Source: Patescibacteria group bacterium
GTDB lineage: Bacteria; Patescibacteriota; Patescibacteriia; Patescibacteriales; UBA12465
Reading direction: 5' to 3'
NCBI GenBank assembly: GCA_041661685.1
Contig: JBAZTY010000004.1
Coordinates: 9,359-73,358, forward strand
Length of the DNA: 64,000 nucleotides
This document shows, in pieces, positions 62,561-64,000 of this stretch. The position numbers and the translations under genes were made by a program. The notes under the pieces were generated by a model. It did no database searches and was not told where the DNA came from. It saw only the letters and a program-made list of their open reading frames with translations. The stretch's first letter is position 1; each line of letters starts with the position of its first letter.

Positions 62561-63244
62561 ATGAAAGAAATAATCAAGCCGGAGCGGATTGAAGTTTTAA
62601 AATATCTCATCCTCCACTCTAAAGATGCTCCTTGGGAAGCTAAAAATGCCTGCGTAGCTTTAATCGAAGCGAGCGCAGGCATGACCAAGTCAGTTTTTAT
62701 AACTACTTATTCAGAGAAAGTAGCTTATGGTATTGAAGACATGAATTGCGCCTTCCATGGCACTCATTTGAATAAATTGATGGAGCTGATGGGGGCGGAT
62801 TTCAAATTCAGCCATCATGATGGGTATTTTTCCGAACCGGGAAAATTCCAGGTCGGCCTTTGTCACGGCGAAGAATTCACTCATACTATCTGGCTTTCTC
62901 CTATCCTCTTCGATGATGCGGCTGAGAAGGTTAAGCTGGCAGAGATCAAAACTACCGAATCGCCCAAATCGCAAAAAGTCATGAGTGTCCGCGGAATGAG
63001 GATGTTCAGTGGAATTCTGCTTATTTTGGCGCTGGTGGCCGTTTTCATTATTATTTGGGAGCCGTCAAGTTCTAGAATATTTTATTTTTTGATGATTGGA
63101 CTGGCTTCCGTGATTGCTATCGCGGAATTCATCTTGAATCGCCTATATAAAAAACTAAAGAGAGAACAGCCTTTTAAGTTTCTACACTGGATATGGCTTG
63201 CTGTCTCTCTGATTTATCTTTTGAGACTCTGCGGCCTGTTCTAA
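62561..63244 (+). CDS. Hypothetical protein with a soluble N-terminal domain and three C-terminal TM helices (227 aa)
   Basis: Clean ORF. His/Cys-containing N-terminal domain (CAFHGTH, SHHDGY, LCHGEEFTH) and a hydrophobic C-terminal third. Confidence 0.55.
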   Translation: MKEIIKPERIEVLKYLILHSKDAPWEAKNACVALIEASAGMTKSVFITTYSEKVAYGIEDMNCAFHGTHLNKLMELMGADFKFSHHDGYFSEPGKFQVGLCHGEEFTHTIWLSPILFDDAAEKVKLAEIKTTESPKSQKVMSVRGMRMFSGILLILALVAVFIIIWEPSSSRIFYFLMIGLASVIAIAEFILNRLYKKLKREQPFKFLHWIWLAVSLIYLLRLCGLF

Positions 63245-63258
63245 TTTTATCCTTTTTC

Positions 63259-63286
63259 AAAACCATCTCCCCGGAGGTGGTTTTTT
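63259..63286 (+). terminator. Rho-independent terminator
   Basis: ACCATCTCC-CCG-GAGGTGGT followed by TTTTTT. Confidence 0.7.
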
Positions 63287-63331
63287 ATATTCTCGGACTT
63301 TTATGGTAAAATATAGCTGTATAGAAAATAT

Positions 63332-63919
63332 ATGAAAAAGGGCCTCATTTTAATCGTTCTCCTCTTAGTCGCCGCTGCCGGAATCTTTTATCTTTTTTCC
63401 CGGAACAGCCGGTCCTTCTCGACTTCTTCCGATATTGATCAATTAGAAGAGCAAGCTAATTACAATTCTTCTCTCAATAATATGCTAACTATCACTTCCG
63501 TTTTCTCTAACGGCGGTCAGATTCCTGATACTTATGGCTGCCATGGTTCGGATGTTAATCCGCCGCTTAATTTTTCCGGCGTACCTACTGGGGCGCAGAG
63601 CCTAGCTCTTATCGTCGATGACCCTGATGCCCCGAGCGGTGATTGGGTTCATTGGCTGATTTTTAATATCGACCCCAAGATTCAGGGAATCACCGAAGAT
63701 AGCGTTCCGGCCGGCGCCATTCTCGGAATGACTAGTTCCGGCAAGGCGGAGTACGGCGGCCCTTGCCCGCCTAGCGGCACGCATCACTATCATTTCAAGC
63801 TCTATGTCCTAGACACGATTTTAGATCTTTCAGCGTCCGCCAAGAAAAGCAGCCTTTTATCGGCCATGAAAGGACATATCATTTCTCAAGCGGAATTAGT
63901 CGGTACTTATAGTCAATAA
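63332..63919 (+). CDS. YbhB/YbcL-family phosphatidylethanolamine-binding protein (PEBP) with N-terminal anchor
   Basis: DDPDAPSGDWVHWLIFNI and GPCPPSGTHHYHFKLYVLD are the PEBP signature motifs. Confidence 0.88.
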   Translation: MKKGLILIVLLLVAAAGIFYLFSRNSRSFSTSSDIDQLEEQANYNSSLNNMLTITSVFSNGGQIPDTYGCHGSDVNPPLNFSGVPTGAQSLALIVDDPDAPSGDWVHWLIFNIDPKIQGITEDSVPAGAILGMTSSGKAEYGGPCPPSGTHHYHFKLYVLDTILDLSASAKKSSLLSAMKGHIISQAELVGTYSQ

Positions 63920-63933
63920 ACTAATAAAAACAT

Positions 63934-64000
63934 ATGCCAAATTTTGAGCATTACCATGCCGGTGAATCTAAAGACGAAGCTGAACGTCTGTATGGAAATG
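63934..64000 (+). CDS. Start of an unidentified ORF running off the window
   Basis: ATG at 63934, open to the edge (MPNFEHYHAGESKDEAERLYGN...). Too short to classify. Confidence 0.3.
   Translation, partial: MPNFEHYHAGESKDEAERLYGN

Noticed and set aside
1-64000. Scanned for CRISPR arrays, IS elements, integrases/recombinases, reverse transcriptases, and prophage structural genes
   Set aside because: I noticed no regularly spaced repeat-spacer array. None of the ORF translations show transposase DDE, tyrosine/serine recombinase or RT (YxDD) motifs. The only repeats seen are the ones reported.
1-64000. Considered an alternative genetic code (UGA recoding as in some candidate phyla)
   Set aside because: Housekeeping genes are full length and uninterrupted under the standard code, and the gene ends I checked fall at canonical positions.

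Overview
The window looks like a core chromosomal segment of a small-genome, AT-leaning bacterium. The gene content suggests Patescibacteria/CPR, which is an inference and not a database result. The signals are minimal metabolism, short intergenic spacers, a bacterial Elp3, a membrane H+-pyrophosphatase, a lone VirB2-like pilin and many small membrane ORFans.

The window contains the replication-origin neighbourhood (yidC-yidD-rnpA-rpmH divergent from dnaA-dnaN) with DnaA-box-like 9-mers and an AT-rich tract. Housekeeping genes include der, pth, dprA, topA, pheST, valS, glmS, glyA, folD, recQ, trxA, gdh, nusA, hppA, tig and smpB. There are six tRNAs (Ile-UAU, Val-GAC, Arg-UCU, His-GUG, Leu-UAA, Gly-GCC) and a one-piece tmRNA. 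rpmH (45 aa) is missing from the ORF track and was found by hand.

I saw no CRISPR array, transposase, integrase or reverse transcriptase.

The regions most worth a second look are:
1. The segment after ssrA-tRNA-Leu-tRNA-Gly (57.7-63.3 kb). Two diverged purine-rich direct repeats with a conserved 20-mer head bracket a 368-aa ORFan. A tRNA 5'-half fragment and a run of self-contained ORFan genes follow.
2. A Fic-cupin-GNAT-lipoprotein block (17.4-19.8 kb) bounded by 16/18-identical direct repeats, one of them fused to a tRNA 3'-end-like fragment.
3. A riboswitch-like terminator/antiterminator leader in front of a YhhQ-type queuosine-precursor transporter, which overlaps a CofE-like ligase gene.
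4. A CsoR-family repressor with a Cys-x-Cys (non-copper) ligand pattern, a GC-tract palindromic operator inside its own promoter, and a CMPC thioredoxin downstream.

All functional calls come from motif recognition by eye. No searches were run.
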